The notes beneath the pieces were generated by a model. It saw nothing but the letters and a program-made list of their open reading frames with translations. It made no database searches and was not told where the DNA came from. From the NCBI GenBank assembly GCA_905214925.1, contig CAJMOB010000004.1, forward strand, positions 5,829-69,828: 64,000 nt of DNA. Direction: 5' to 3'. Each line of letters starts with the position of its first letter. Position 1 is the stretch's first letter. The position numbers were made by a program, and so were the translations under genes. Positions 46,538 through 55,043 of the stretch are shown piece after piece. This DNA is from an uncultured bacterium (lineage in GTDB: Bacteria; Bacillota; Clostridia; Lachnospirales; Lachnospiraceae).

Positions 46538-46582
46538 GATTTTTTTAATAAAATCTTATCCTATTTTTTCTTCTACTTAATT

Positions 46583-47281
46583 TTATAAAGACACTTTTAT
46601 AATCTCTTTATAACGATCCATAAGTTCTGTCAAAAAGAATGGATTTGTTTTCTCATCGGAACAAACAGATATAATAATTTTCGTAATCCCATTATCCTGT
46701 CTTTTTATCTGTACCTTCTCCACTTGAAACCCATTTTCATGGAAACCCGATTGTAAAATAGCGGATACATTAATCTCTGATTCCACTTGCTCTATGTATT
46801 CAATCTCGATGTCCCTTTCTACTTCTACATTATCTGTGACATTATTTTTTCTTCCAAGAAATAACTCAGAAAATATAACCATAACTGTCGTTAATATTCC
46901 TATCAAGTAGAGTCCTGCTCCCATTGCCATTCCGACACCAACCGTTGCCCAAATTCCTGCTGATGTTGTTAACCCAATGATATTATTATTTTTTGATAAA
47001 ATCATTCCAGAACCTAAAAATCCTATGGCTGTTACAATTCCAGCCGCCACACGAGAGGGATCTAACTTTATATATTCTCCTAATACATCATCAAACCCAT
47101 ATTTTGAAAGAACAATCATAAGTGCAGCCGTAATTGCCACAATCACATGGGTCTTTGGTCCTGCCATCTTTCTCTTTGTTTGTCTTTCTAATCCAATCAC
47201 ATATCCACAAATTCCTGCCAACAAAATTCTACCAACATACCCTAACTGCAATACAATATATTGTACGAATGCTTCTTCCAT
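46583..47281 (-). CDS. MgtC/SapB-family membrane protein with a C-terminal soluble domain
   Basis: MgtC motif region ..LLAGICGYVIGLERQTKRKMAGPKTH.. ATG 47281 (GAAGGGAG 7 nt upstream) is preferred over the track start at 47302. Confidence 0.8.
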   Translation of the reverse strand: MEEAFVQYIVLQLGYVGRILLAGICGYVIGLERQTKRKMAGPKTHVIVAITAALMIVLSKYGFDDVLGEYIKLDPSRVAAGIVTAIGFLGSGMILSKNNNIIGLTTSAGIWATVGVGMAMGAGLYLIGILTTVMVIFSELFLGRKNNVTDNVEVERDIEIEYIEQVESEINVSAILQSGFHENGFQVEKVQIKRQDNGITKIIISVCSDEKTNPFFLTELMDRYKEIIKVSL

Positions 47282-47416
47282 ATTTGCACTCCCTTCTACC
47301 ATTTTTATCTTTTCTTTAGACAGATAGGGCTGCCTATAAAATTTCTTTTATAAACTCAGCCCTATCTATTTCCTTTTATTCTTTTTCTTTTGCGTACACG
47401 AATGCCATATATTCTT

Positions 47417-49156
47417 CTATTTTTTATTCACCATTTTTTCCAGTCTTCTTTGCTTCCATCTTTGAATGGCTCTCATACCATTTCCTTGTCCAAAGTAAAG
47501 GGCAATGGATGATAAAATCATTAAAACAACCGTATAAACAAAGCTCATAGCCTTTGCATCAATGGCTGCTGATTCATCAGATGCTGACTTAATGACAATA
47601 CCAAGAGGTTGTAACAATGGATGATATAGGAATGCTGACATATCATAATCAGACAGTAACCCATTAAAATTTAAAATGACAACAGACATAACGGCTGGGA
47701 AAATGACAGGAATAATAACTTTTCTCATGGTATAAAAGGTACTAGCTCCCATACATTTTGCTGCCTCTTCTAAATCATCATCGATAGAGAAAAATGCTGC
47801 TTTTATCATACGATAAGAAAATGGTAATTTAATTACAACATATCCAATCAATAAAATAACGGTCGTACCAACTAATACATAGTTAAAGATCAATGGATTT
47901 TTATCTCCATAAGCAATTGTAAGTCCTAGAGCAATTAACGTACTTGGTAACAGCCATGGAATCAAAACACCATATTCATACAAGATATTAAATTTATTTT
48001 TGGACTTTTGTACAAATCTCACGCAAATAATAGAGATAATTGCTGCGAAACTAGCCGCTAGTAAAGAATAACCAATACTTACTAAATATGGTTTCAACGC
48101 ATCGATTGATGTGAATAACTTCTTATAATTTTCTAACGTAAACGAATCGAAACGAATGTCCCCTGTTTTAATGGTTAAAGAATCACAGAATGAATACATA
48201 ACAATTAAAACAATTGGTACTGTGTAAATAGCAAACATAAGATAGGCTATCACATGAGCAATTATATTTAAAACTGGATTTACGATTTTTTGTTTCGTCA
48301 ACTTTGCTTTTGTTTTGGAAACGGAAATATAATTGCCCCCCTTTTCTATTTTGCTAAAAATAGATAATAATATAATCGTTGCTATTCCTAAAATAACTGC
48401 CAAAAATGCCGCAACTTCCCTTGAATACGTGGATTTGGAAAATGTAATAATCATTGGATTAATGGTTTGAAACTTCTCTCCACCAACAATTAAAGGCGCT
48501 GACATGGCACTAAGACCTGTTAAAAATGTTAAAATTGTAATAGCAAAAAAAGTTGGTTTCAATACTGGTAATACGATCTGAAAGAAAATTCGACTTCCAG
48601 TTGCTCCCATATTCTTTGCTGCTTCAATGGTATGATAATCCAACCCATGAATCGCATTCTTTAAAAACATCATATGATTTTGGGTACAAGAAAATGTCAT
48701 AACGAATACAACTGCCCCATATCCGACAAACCATTTCGGATTCATGTCTGGGAATAGTTGTAATAATAATTTTGTCAATAACCCTTTTTCTCCATAGACA
48801 TATTTATATCCAGCAACTAATACAACTCCTCCATAGATTAAAGAACTCATATAGGCAAGACGCAATATTTTAGCACCTTTAATCTCCCAATATTCTGTAA
48901 AAAGAACGCTTAAAGTCCCAACAACATTTACAGTAACCACAAGAGTAAAGGCTAATAGAAAACTATTCTTTAAACTCTGAATGGCTCTTTTGGAAGAAAA
49001 TACTTTATGAAAAACTTCTGTTGAAAATTGTCCATCGTGGAAAAATACATTCACTAATAAATGAAAAGCTGGATAGACAATGAATGCAATTAAAGCCCAT
49101 GCAATTATAATTTTTAAAATCAAATTAGGCAGATTTACCTTTTTCTTTGTAGCCAT
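47417..49156 (-). CDS. Fused two-domain ABC transporter permease (FbpB/ThiP/PhnV type)
   Basis: 579 aa, about 12 TM helices, two EAA loops (..IEAAKNMGATGSRIFFQIVLP.. and ..EEAAKCMGASTFYTMRKVIIP..). Confidence 0.8.
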   Translation of the reverse strand: MATKKKVNLPNLILKIIIAWALIAFIVYPAFHLLVNVFFHDGQFSTEVFHKVFSSKRAIQSLKNSFLLAFTLVVTVNVVGTLSVLFTEYWEIKGAKILRLAYMSSLIYGGVVLVAGYKYVYGEKGLLTKLLLQLFPDMNPKWFVGYGAVVFVMTFSCTQNHMMFLKNAIHGLDYHTIEAAKNMGATGSRIFFQIVLPVLKPTFFAITILTFLTGLSAMSAPLIVGGEKFQTINPMIITFSKSTYSREVAAFLAVILGIATIILLSIFSKIEKGGNYISVSKTKAKLTKQKIVNPVLNIIAHVIAYLMFAIYTVPIVLIVMYSFCDSLTIKTGDIRFDSFTLENYKKLFTSIDALKPYLVSIGYSLLAASFAAIISIICVRFVQKSKNKFNILYEYGVLIPWLLPSTLIALGLTIAYGDKNPLIFNYVLVGTTVILLIGYVVIKLPFSYRMIKAAFFSIDDDLEEAAKCMGASTFYTMRKVIIPVIFPAVMSVVILNFNGLLSDYDMSAFLYHPLLQPLGIVIKSASDESAAIDAKAMSFVYTVVLMILSSIALYFGQGNGMRAIQRWKQRRLEKMVNKK

Positions 49157-49173
49157 CCTAATTGCACCTCCTA

Positions 49174-50178
49174 CTAAAATTGCATAATATCGTCTGGTTT
49201 CAAGTAAAGATCGATCATTTCCCCTGTTTCGTATAAGGAACTTCCGTTATTTAATCGGATCACTCTTATGATTTCATTTCCTATTTGAATCCGATATTTT
49301 GTAAGTAATCCATTATAATCATAATCTAACACTTTTCCTTGTAACTTTACATAGTCTTCATTTGGAGTGAAATGAATGAGCTCTAGCCTTATATAAGCCG
49401 TTTTTCCTAGATCAAATTTCTGCTTTGATTGTCGATTCACTTCGAAAAGAATTTCTTTTCCAAGTTTATTAATATCCCCAATAAAGTCGCAAACAAATTC
49501 GGATTTTGAATGATTATAAATTTCTTGTGGTGTCCCTACTTGTTCCACATATCCATTATTAAAAACGGCAATTTTATCCGATAACATCAATGCTTCTTCT
49601 TGATCATGTGTCACATATAATGTAGTGATTCCAAGATTCTTTTGTAATTTCTTTAACTCACTGCGTAAACCAATTCTAAGTTTTGCATCTAAGTTGGATA
49701 ATGGCTCATCTAAACAAAGAATTTTTGGTTCTAATACAATCGCTCTTGCTAAGGCAACTCTTTGTTGTTGTCCCCCTGATAAGTCAGATACATTTCTTGT
49801 TAACTGCTCATCTTTAATCTCAATCACTTTAGCTACTTCTCTTACTCTTTTATCAATTTCTTTTTGTGGCATTTTTTTCACTTTTAAACCAAATGCCAAG
49901 TTTTCATAGACGGTCATCGTTGGAAATAGGGCATAGCTTTGAAACACCATACCAATTCCTCTTTTTTCCACAGGAACTTCTAAAATATTTTTACCATCCA
50001 CAAGAATTTCCCCACTGGTTGGATTTAAAAATCCAACCAGTGACCGAAGGGTTGTCGTTTTTCCACAACCAGATGGCCCTAAGAAAGTAAAAAATTCTCC
50101 ATCTTCTATTTTTAAATTGAGATTTTCAATTGCTGTATAATCGCCATATTTTATCTCAATATTTTTAAATTCAATCAT
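49174..50178 (-). CDS. ABC transporter ATP-binding protein with a C-terminal TOBE-like domain
   Basis: Start moved to ATG 50178 (MIEFKNIEIKYG..). Walker A GPSGCGKTT, signature LSGGQQQRVALARA. Confidence 0.85.
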   Translation of the reverse strand: MIEFKNIEIKYGDYTAIENLNLKIEDGEFFTFLGPSGCGKTTTLRSLVGFLNPTSGEILVDGKNILEVPVEKRGIGMVFQSYALFPTMTVYENLAFGLKVKKMPQKEIDKRVREVAKVIEIKDEQLTRNVSDLSGGQQQRVALARAIVLEPKILCLDEPLSNLDAKLRIGLRSELKKLQKNLGITTLYVTHDQEEALMLSDKIAVFNNGYVEQVGTPQEIYNHSKSEFVCDFIGDINKLGKEILFEVNRQSKQKFDLGKTAYIRLELIHFTPNEDYVKLQGKVLDYDYNGLLTKYRIQIGNEIIRVIRLNNGSSLYETGEMIDLYLKPDDIMQF

Positions 50179-50195
50179 TTGATTACCTCTTTTGC

Positions 50196-51224
50196 TTATT
50201 GAATAAATTCTAGTTCCACTTTTTCTACCCATTGATCAAGATGTTCAGCAACAAAAGCCCAATCAATATCCTGCTGATGAACACCTTCTAAAAATACTTT
50301 TACATTTTCAGGGGCATTATTAAGAGCTTCTTCTTGACATGGAATGGTTCCAAACTCATTCATCCAAGCTTCTTGTACTTTGGAAGAACCAAACCAATTG
50401 GCAAACTCAATGGCTTTTTCTGTCTTATCGCTTCCTTTTAAAATTGCAACTTGTTCTGTCACATAAGGAACTCCCACTTCTGGTGACATCACTTGGAATT
50501 TATAATCTCTTTCTGCCTCATTTTGAAGTACACCACTTCCCCACATTTCACAGATAGGACGGCTTCCATCAATAACTGCTCCTACATAATCTTCTCCTTC
50601 TGATTCCATATGACCATTTTGAATCCAGTTCTTTACAAAATTCCATCCTTCCTCAGAAATTTCTAATTCACCGTTTGGATCTTGATAGCGAACGAGTAAA
50701 CTTGCCAAAATTGTCTTTCCAGTTCCACCACCGAAGTTAAGGATAGTATATTTATCCTTCCATTCTTCGTTCACTAAATCTGTATAATCTTTTGGTGGAT
50801 TTTGTAAATCAGCACTCATAATGTTCACAAGAGGTTGAATCACAATTGGATAATAATATCCATCTTTATCCCCTAAAGACAAATCCACTTCTTTTGCCCA
50901 TTCTGGTTCCCACTTCTCCAATGTATCCTCTGCTTTTAATTTCTCATATTCCACATTATTGAGCCCAAATACAAGATCCGCTTGCACATTATTTTTCTCA
51001 GATACAATTCTGTTTCCTAAATCCCCACCTTGAATCTGAACAACTTCCACAGAAAATCCCGCTTCTTTTGCTTGTTCTTTTAGCCAAGCATCTCTGCCAT
51101 TAGAACCAGAATTGGTATAAATAACAAGAGAATCGTCTTTGCTTCCTCCCTTACTTCCACAGGCCACAAAAGAAACTGCCATAACTGCTGCTAAACATAC
51201 GGATAATACCTTTTTTACTCTCAT
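50196..51224 (-). CDS. ABC transporter substrate-binding lipoprotein (FbpA/ThiB/AfuA-like)
   Basis: Start moved to ATG 51224, which has GAGGAG upstream. This gives MRVKKVLSVCLAAVMAVSFVACGS (lipobox). Confidence 0.75.
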   Translation of the reverse strand: MRVKKVLSVCLAAVMAVSFVACGSKGGSKDDSLVIYTNSGSNGRDAWLKEQAKEAGFSVEVVQIQGGDLGNRIVSEKNNVQADLVFGLNNVEYEKLKAEDTLEKWEPEWAKEVDLSLGDKDGYYYPIVIQPLVNIMSADLQNPPKDYTDLVNEEWKDKYTILNFGGGTGKTILASLLVRYQDPNGELEISEEGWNFVKNWIQNGHMESEGEDYVGAVIDGSRPICEMWGSGVLQNEAERDYKFQVMSPEVGVPYVTEQVAILKGSDKTEKAIEFANWFGSSKVQEAWMNEFGTIPCQEEALNNAPENVKVFLEGVHQQDIDWAFVAEHLDQWVEKVELEFIQ

Positions 51225-51250
51225 AACTTCTTCTCCTCTTACATTCATTC

Positions 51251-52078
51251 TTATTTTTTGTTAATATAATTTCTTAATAAAGCTGGCCAGTCTGTTTGAA
51301 TGATTTCAAATCCTAAGTCTATTAATTTCCCCCAGTTTTCATCAAACCCGTTGGCAATTGCATTATTATCGTCCAATCCACCTGATAAAATTGTTTCATC
51401 ATTTAATGTAATCGCATTGACCCAAGGCACAATTCCTTGTTCCTTTAATTCTTCTATAAACTCTTTTTGTGCCAATGGACTTGCCACATCGTCAAAAATT
51501 AACTCTGCTGCTGCTACATTAATGTCATATTGTTTTACCAATTCCCATTCTTCCATTGTTTTTACAATCGGCATATACATAAGCCCCGTTTTACTGTCTT
51601 CTAATTCTTTTAACAATCTCTCATGCACGCCTGACTTTAATAAAATTTGATGATCCATATTTTTTGATTTTAAATAGGCGATAATTTTTTCCCAATAAAA
51701 CCAAGAACGATCGATATTAATAAAACATTTATCTCGAAACTTCTCTAGTACATAATCCAATCGTTCTACTCTTTGCCCTACATAGTTTTGCATGACATTT
51801 AATGTTTTCATAGATTCTACTTCTCTAGCAGTCATATCTCGAATATCTCTTTGTACGCCCAGTTCTACTTTTTCTTCCCCATTATGAAAAGCAAAGAAGA
51901 CTCCATCAATGGTCATAGAAACGTCTACTTCAATCATATCAGCACCATGTAATAACGCATTTTGATAAGCAAGACATGTATTTTGAATGACATTACCCCC
52001 ACAAGTTCCTCGGTGAGCTGCCACTAGAACTTTTTTCTTATCCAATTCTTTTATCATTGATTCATTTCTTGTGTACAT
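51251..52078 (-). CDS. Glycerophosphodiester phosphodiesterase (GDPD family), cytoplasmic
   Basis: 275 aa. GDPD catalytic motifs AAHRG and MIEVDV. No signal peptide. First gene of the operon with the ABC system. Confidence 0.8.
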   Translation of the reverse strand: MYTRNESMIKELDKKKVLVAAHRGTCGGNVIQNTCLAYQNALLHGADMIEVDVSMTIDGVFFAFHNGEEKVELGVQRDIRDMTAREVESMKTLNVMQNYVGQRVERLDYVLEKFRDKCFINIDRSWFYWEKIIAYLKSKNMDHQILLKSGVHERLLKELEDSKTGLMYMPIVKTMEEWELVKQYDINVAAAELIFDDVASPLAQKEFIEELKEQGIVPWVNAITLNDETILSGGLDDNNAIANGFDENWGKLIDLGFEIIQTDWPALLRNYINKK

Positions 52079-52154
52079 GAAATTCTTCCTTTCTGTTGCT
52101 CGTTTTTTCTTGCTTTCTTTTTCTTAAGTTTATCCCGTTTTTTGGAACGTGTCA

Positions 52155-52182
52155 ATTAAAATGATCGTAAAATGTTTGTAAA
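52155..52182 (-). promoter_or_regulatory. Three phased Pho-box-like hexamers upstream of the GDPD-ABC operon
   Basis: The minus strand reads TTTACA-aacat-TTTACG-atcat-TTTAAT (52182-52177, 52171-52166, 52160-52155) with exact 11-bp phasing. Lies 77-104 nt upstream of the ATG at 52078. Confidence 0.5.
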
Positions 52183-52301
52183 ACAAGTTTTTTGTATATT
52201 TTATATGATTTTTAGGCTTTATTTTTATACACAATTACTATATAATTTCATTATTATAAATGGTACGTTTCATTTACTTTTGCTTAATCTATTTTCCCCT
52301 A

Positions 52302-52341
52302 CTAAAAGAGGCTGTCATACAACATCTGTATGACAGCCTCT
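52302..52341 (-). terminator. Intrinsic terminator after the HAD hydrolase gene
   Basis: Perfect 14-bp stem agaggctgtcatac (52307-52320) / gtatgacagcctct (52328-52341) with a 7-nt loop. UUUU follows on the minus strand. Confidence 0.75.
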
Positions 52342-52422
52342 TCTTCCCTATTTATTCTTTCTTCTTTATCCGTTTTCCAAAACGCAAATAATTCTATCTT
52401 GACTAAAATTTATAAAACTAGT

Positions 52423-53034
52423 CTATTCCTCATTCAATATTCGTTCTAACTCTTTTATCGCTTGTTTGTAGCTCTGAAATTGAATTCCAAAAAAGCCTAG
52501 CTCTTGTGCTTTTTTAATATTTTCTAACCGATCATCCAAAAATACACTTTCTCTTGGCTCTATTGAATACTTCCTGCACAGTTCTTCATAAATTTCTCTC
52601 TCTGGCTTTATCCACTTACATTGGAAAGAAAACACAGCACCATCCACATAAGGTAGAAATTCCATCTTTTCTTTTGTCTGTTCATATGTAACTTCAGCAT
52701 AATTGGATAAAATATAGACACGATATCCTCTTTGTTTTAACTCCTTAATCCAAGCAACACTATACGGAAATAATTCTATCGTATTACCAACCGTCTGATA
52801 CGCTTTTGTTATCTCCTCTTTGTACTCTTTATCATTGAAAATAAATTTTTCTAATAACTCTTCTGTCGATAATTTTCCTCGATCGGATTCTTCCCATAGA
52901 GGATTTTGAAACATCGCCTGATTCACGGCTTGTCTCGTTTTTAAATCAAATCCTAACCGTTCCATATAAGAATCTGGATCATATTCCACTAATACTTTTC
53001 CTACATCAAAAATAACATTTTTAATCATACGCAT
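52423..53034 (-). CDS. HAD-superfamily hydrolase (subfamily IA)
   Basis: 203 aa. Motif I is VIFDVGKVL. Also has the motif III/IV region ..ESVFLDDRLENI.. Confidence 0.8.
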   Translation of the reverse strand: MRMIKNVIFDVGKVLVEYDPDSYMERLGFDLKTRQAVNQAMFQNPLWEESDRGKLSTEELLEKFIFNDKEYKEEITKAYQTVGNTIELFPYSVAWIKELKQRGYRVYILSNYAEVTYEQTKEKMEFLPYVDGAVFSFQCKWIKPEREIYEELCRKYSIEPRESVFLDDRLENIKKAQELGFFGIQFQSYKQAIKELERILNEE

Positions 53035-53216
53035 CCTCCATTCTTATCCGTTGCCAAAAATCTATAAATATATATAAATCTTGTTTCATTCCCTGTTCTA
53101 TGAGTCCGATTTTGAAAACTATAAACAGTAATCTACTTTCGTTTATTATAACTCTCCGAGGGCGTAAATTCGGATACAACGCATCCTACATATTAGCACC
53201 ATCTTCTTAGTGATAT

Positions 53217-54331
53217 TTATGCTAATTTATAATTTGCTAAATTAATACTTGCATTTAAATCTCTATCAATAGTAAGTCCACAACTACATTTATAAACTCT
53301 ATCTTTAAGTTTTAAATCCTTCTTAATCTCTCCACATTGGCTACAAGTCTTTGATGATGGATAAAATCTATCTGCTACAACTAATTCAATCCCTCTAAAT
53401 TTACATTTATACTCAAGTTGCCTTTTAAATTCATAGAAACCTTGTTTTCGGATAGCATCCGATAAATGTTTGGTTTTCATCATACCTTTTACGTTCAAAT
53501 CTTCGATTACAACTCTGTATGGTTTGGTTTTCACTATACTTGTTGTCGTTTGGTGAAGATAATTATTTCTTATATTAGCCAAGCTTCTATGTACTTGCTG
53601 TATCTGCTTTTCAAGTTTTACAATATTTTTAGTTTTGACATACTCCTTTCCTTTTTTATTTTTCTCGTATTTTCTACTTACTTGTCTTTGTAGTCTTTTT
53701 AATCTTTTTTCAATCTTTCTAACTACATAAGTCTTATTAATATTTTTATAAACGTACCATCAGAACAGATTGCGAAATCCTTTAAACCTAAATCGATTCC
53801 TAATGATACATCGGTTAATTTTTCTTTCTTTTCTTCTTGCTCTATACCTACCGATAGATGCCAATATTTATTGTCATAACTTATTCTTGGATTGCTATAT
53901 TTAACTCCAATCGGTATTTGTTCATTCGTCTTTACCCAACCGACTTTTTCAATATGAACGAATTTACCTTCTTTCACTTTCAATTTTATATTGTCATGAT
54001 AGAAGGATTTTTTACTTTTTCTTTTACTTTTAAATCTCGGCTTATCTGCTAACCCTGTAAAGAATCTTTTGTATGCGTTGCAAGCGTCTTTTACCGCTTG
54101 CTTTGCTACATTGTTAGATACTTCACTTAGCCAACTTAACTCTGATTTCTTTAGAACGGTTAATTCTTTTCTAAGAACCCCATCTGATAGAAACTTCCCA
54201 CCATTTTTATAATTTTCTTCTTGTCTTGCAAGAGTCCAATTATAGACAAACCTTGCAGTACCTACTGATTTCCATAATTTTTGTTCTTGTAACTCACTTG
54301 GATATAATCGAACTTTCTTCGCAAGTATCAT
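53217..54331 (-). pseudogene. tnpB: tnpB (RNA-guided RuvC nuclease of IS607/IS605 elements), interrupted by one frameshift
   Basis: The N-terminal ORF (53723-54331) ends just after RuvC-I (GIDLGLKDFAICSDGT). The reading frame continues in another frame through ..YKNINKTYVVRKIEKRLKRLQRQVSRKYEKNKKG.. into the 53217-53582 ORF, which carries VVIEDLNVKGM, the zinc finger CSQCG..CSCG and DRDLNASINL. The shift lies within 53723-53762. Confidence 0.8.
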
Positions 54332-54935
54332 CCTCCATCAACTCCTGAATCATTCTCTTAACCTTATTCGCTCTTTTCCCTTGAAGTCTGCAACTAAATA
54401 CTGTAACTATTTGAATGAAATCTTCTACTAACTCTTGTTCTTCTGTTTTCTCAGTATTGTCAATGATTTCAATTGTAGTTCCATATTTTTCGCAAAGGGT
54501 CTCTATTAATTCGTATCCGAATCTAATTAATCTATCCTTGTAAAGAATGACTATTTTATCCACTTCTGAATTCGTAATCATATCTATTAACTTATTAAAA
54601 CCTTTTTTATTATAGTTAATTCCACTTCCAATATCTGAAATAATCTCAAATTGATAACCTTTCGCGTACATATATGTTTTTACATTTTCAATCTGTCGCT
54701 CAAGGTCATCTTTTTGCTTTTGTGAACGAACTCTACAATACCCAATAATTTTTTTATTTCGCTTAGTTTTTGGTTTTAAACCTAAAAAATGATTCAGTTG
54801 TTCTTGGGAATAATATCTTGTACCACCTGCTGTTACATGTGCTGGTTTCAATGCTCCGTTTTTATCCCAATTCCTTAGTGTTTGAACTGTTTTGCCTATT
54901 TTATTTGCAAATTCTCCTATTGAGTAGTATTTCAT
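54294..54935 (-). CDS. tnpA: IS607-family serine recombinase transposase
   Basis: 213 aa. An N-terminal MerR-like HTH (YSIGEFANKIGKTVQTLRNWDKNGALKP) is followed by a resolvase-type catalytic domain (IGYCRVRSQKQKDDLERQ...). Confidence 0.85.
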   Translation of the reverse strand: MKYYSIGEFANKIGKTVQTLRNWDKNGALKPAHVTAGGTRYYSQEQLNHFLGLKPKTKRNKKIIGYCRVRSQKQKDDLERQIENVKTYMYAKGYQFEIISDIGSGINYNKKGFNKLIDMITNSEVDKIVILYKDRLIRFGYELIETLCEKYGTTIEIIDNTEKTEEQELVEDFIQIVTVFSCRLQGKRANKVKRMIQELMEDDTCEESSIISK

Positions 54936-55043
54936 AATGTATCACCTCAATAAGATTATACCATAATCTATAAATATTTTAATCATTTTTATAGATATTA
55001 GTATATTCATTCAAACTGTTATAACCCTTCTTTTCCTCGTTTA

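Larger units (their letters stand above)
53059..54977 (-). mobile_element. IS607-family insertion sequence (serine-recombinase tnpA + tnpB)
   Basis: tnpA and tnpB overlap (54294-54331), as is typical of IS607. The 13-nt direct repeat AATCTATAAATAT occurs at 53059-53071 and 54965-54977 and brackets both genes plus about 158 nt 3' of tnpB. The exact ends are inferred. Confidence 0.7.
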
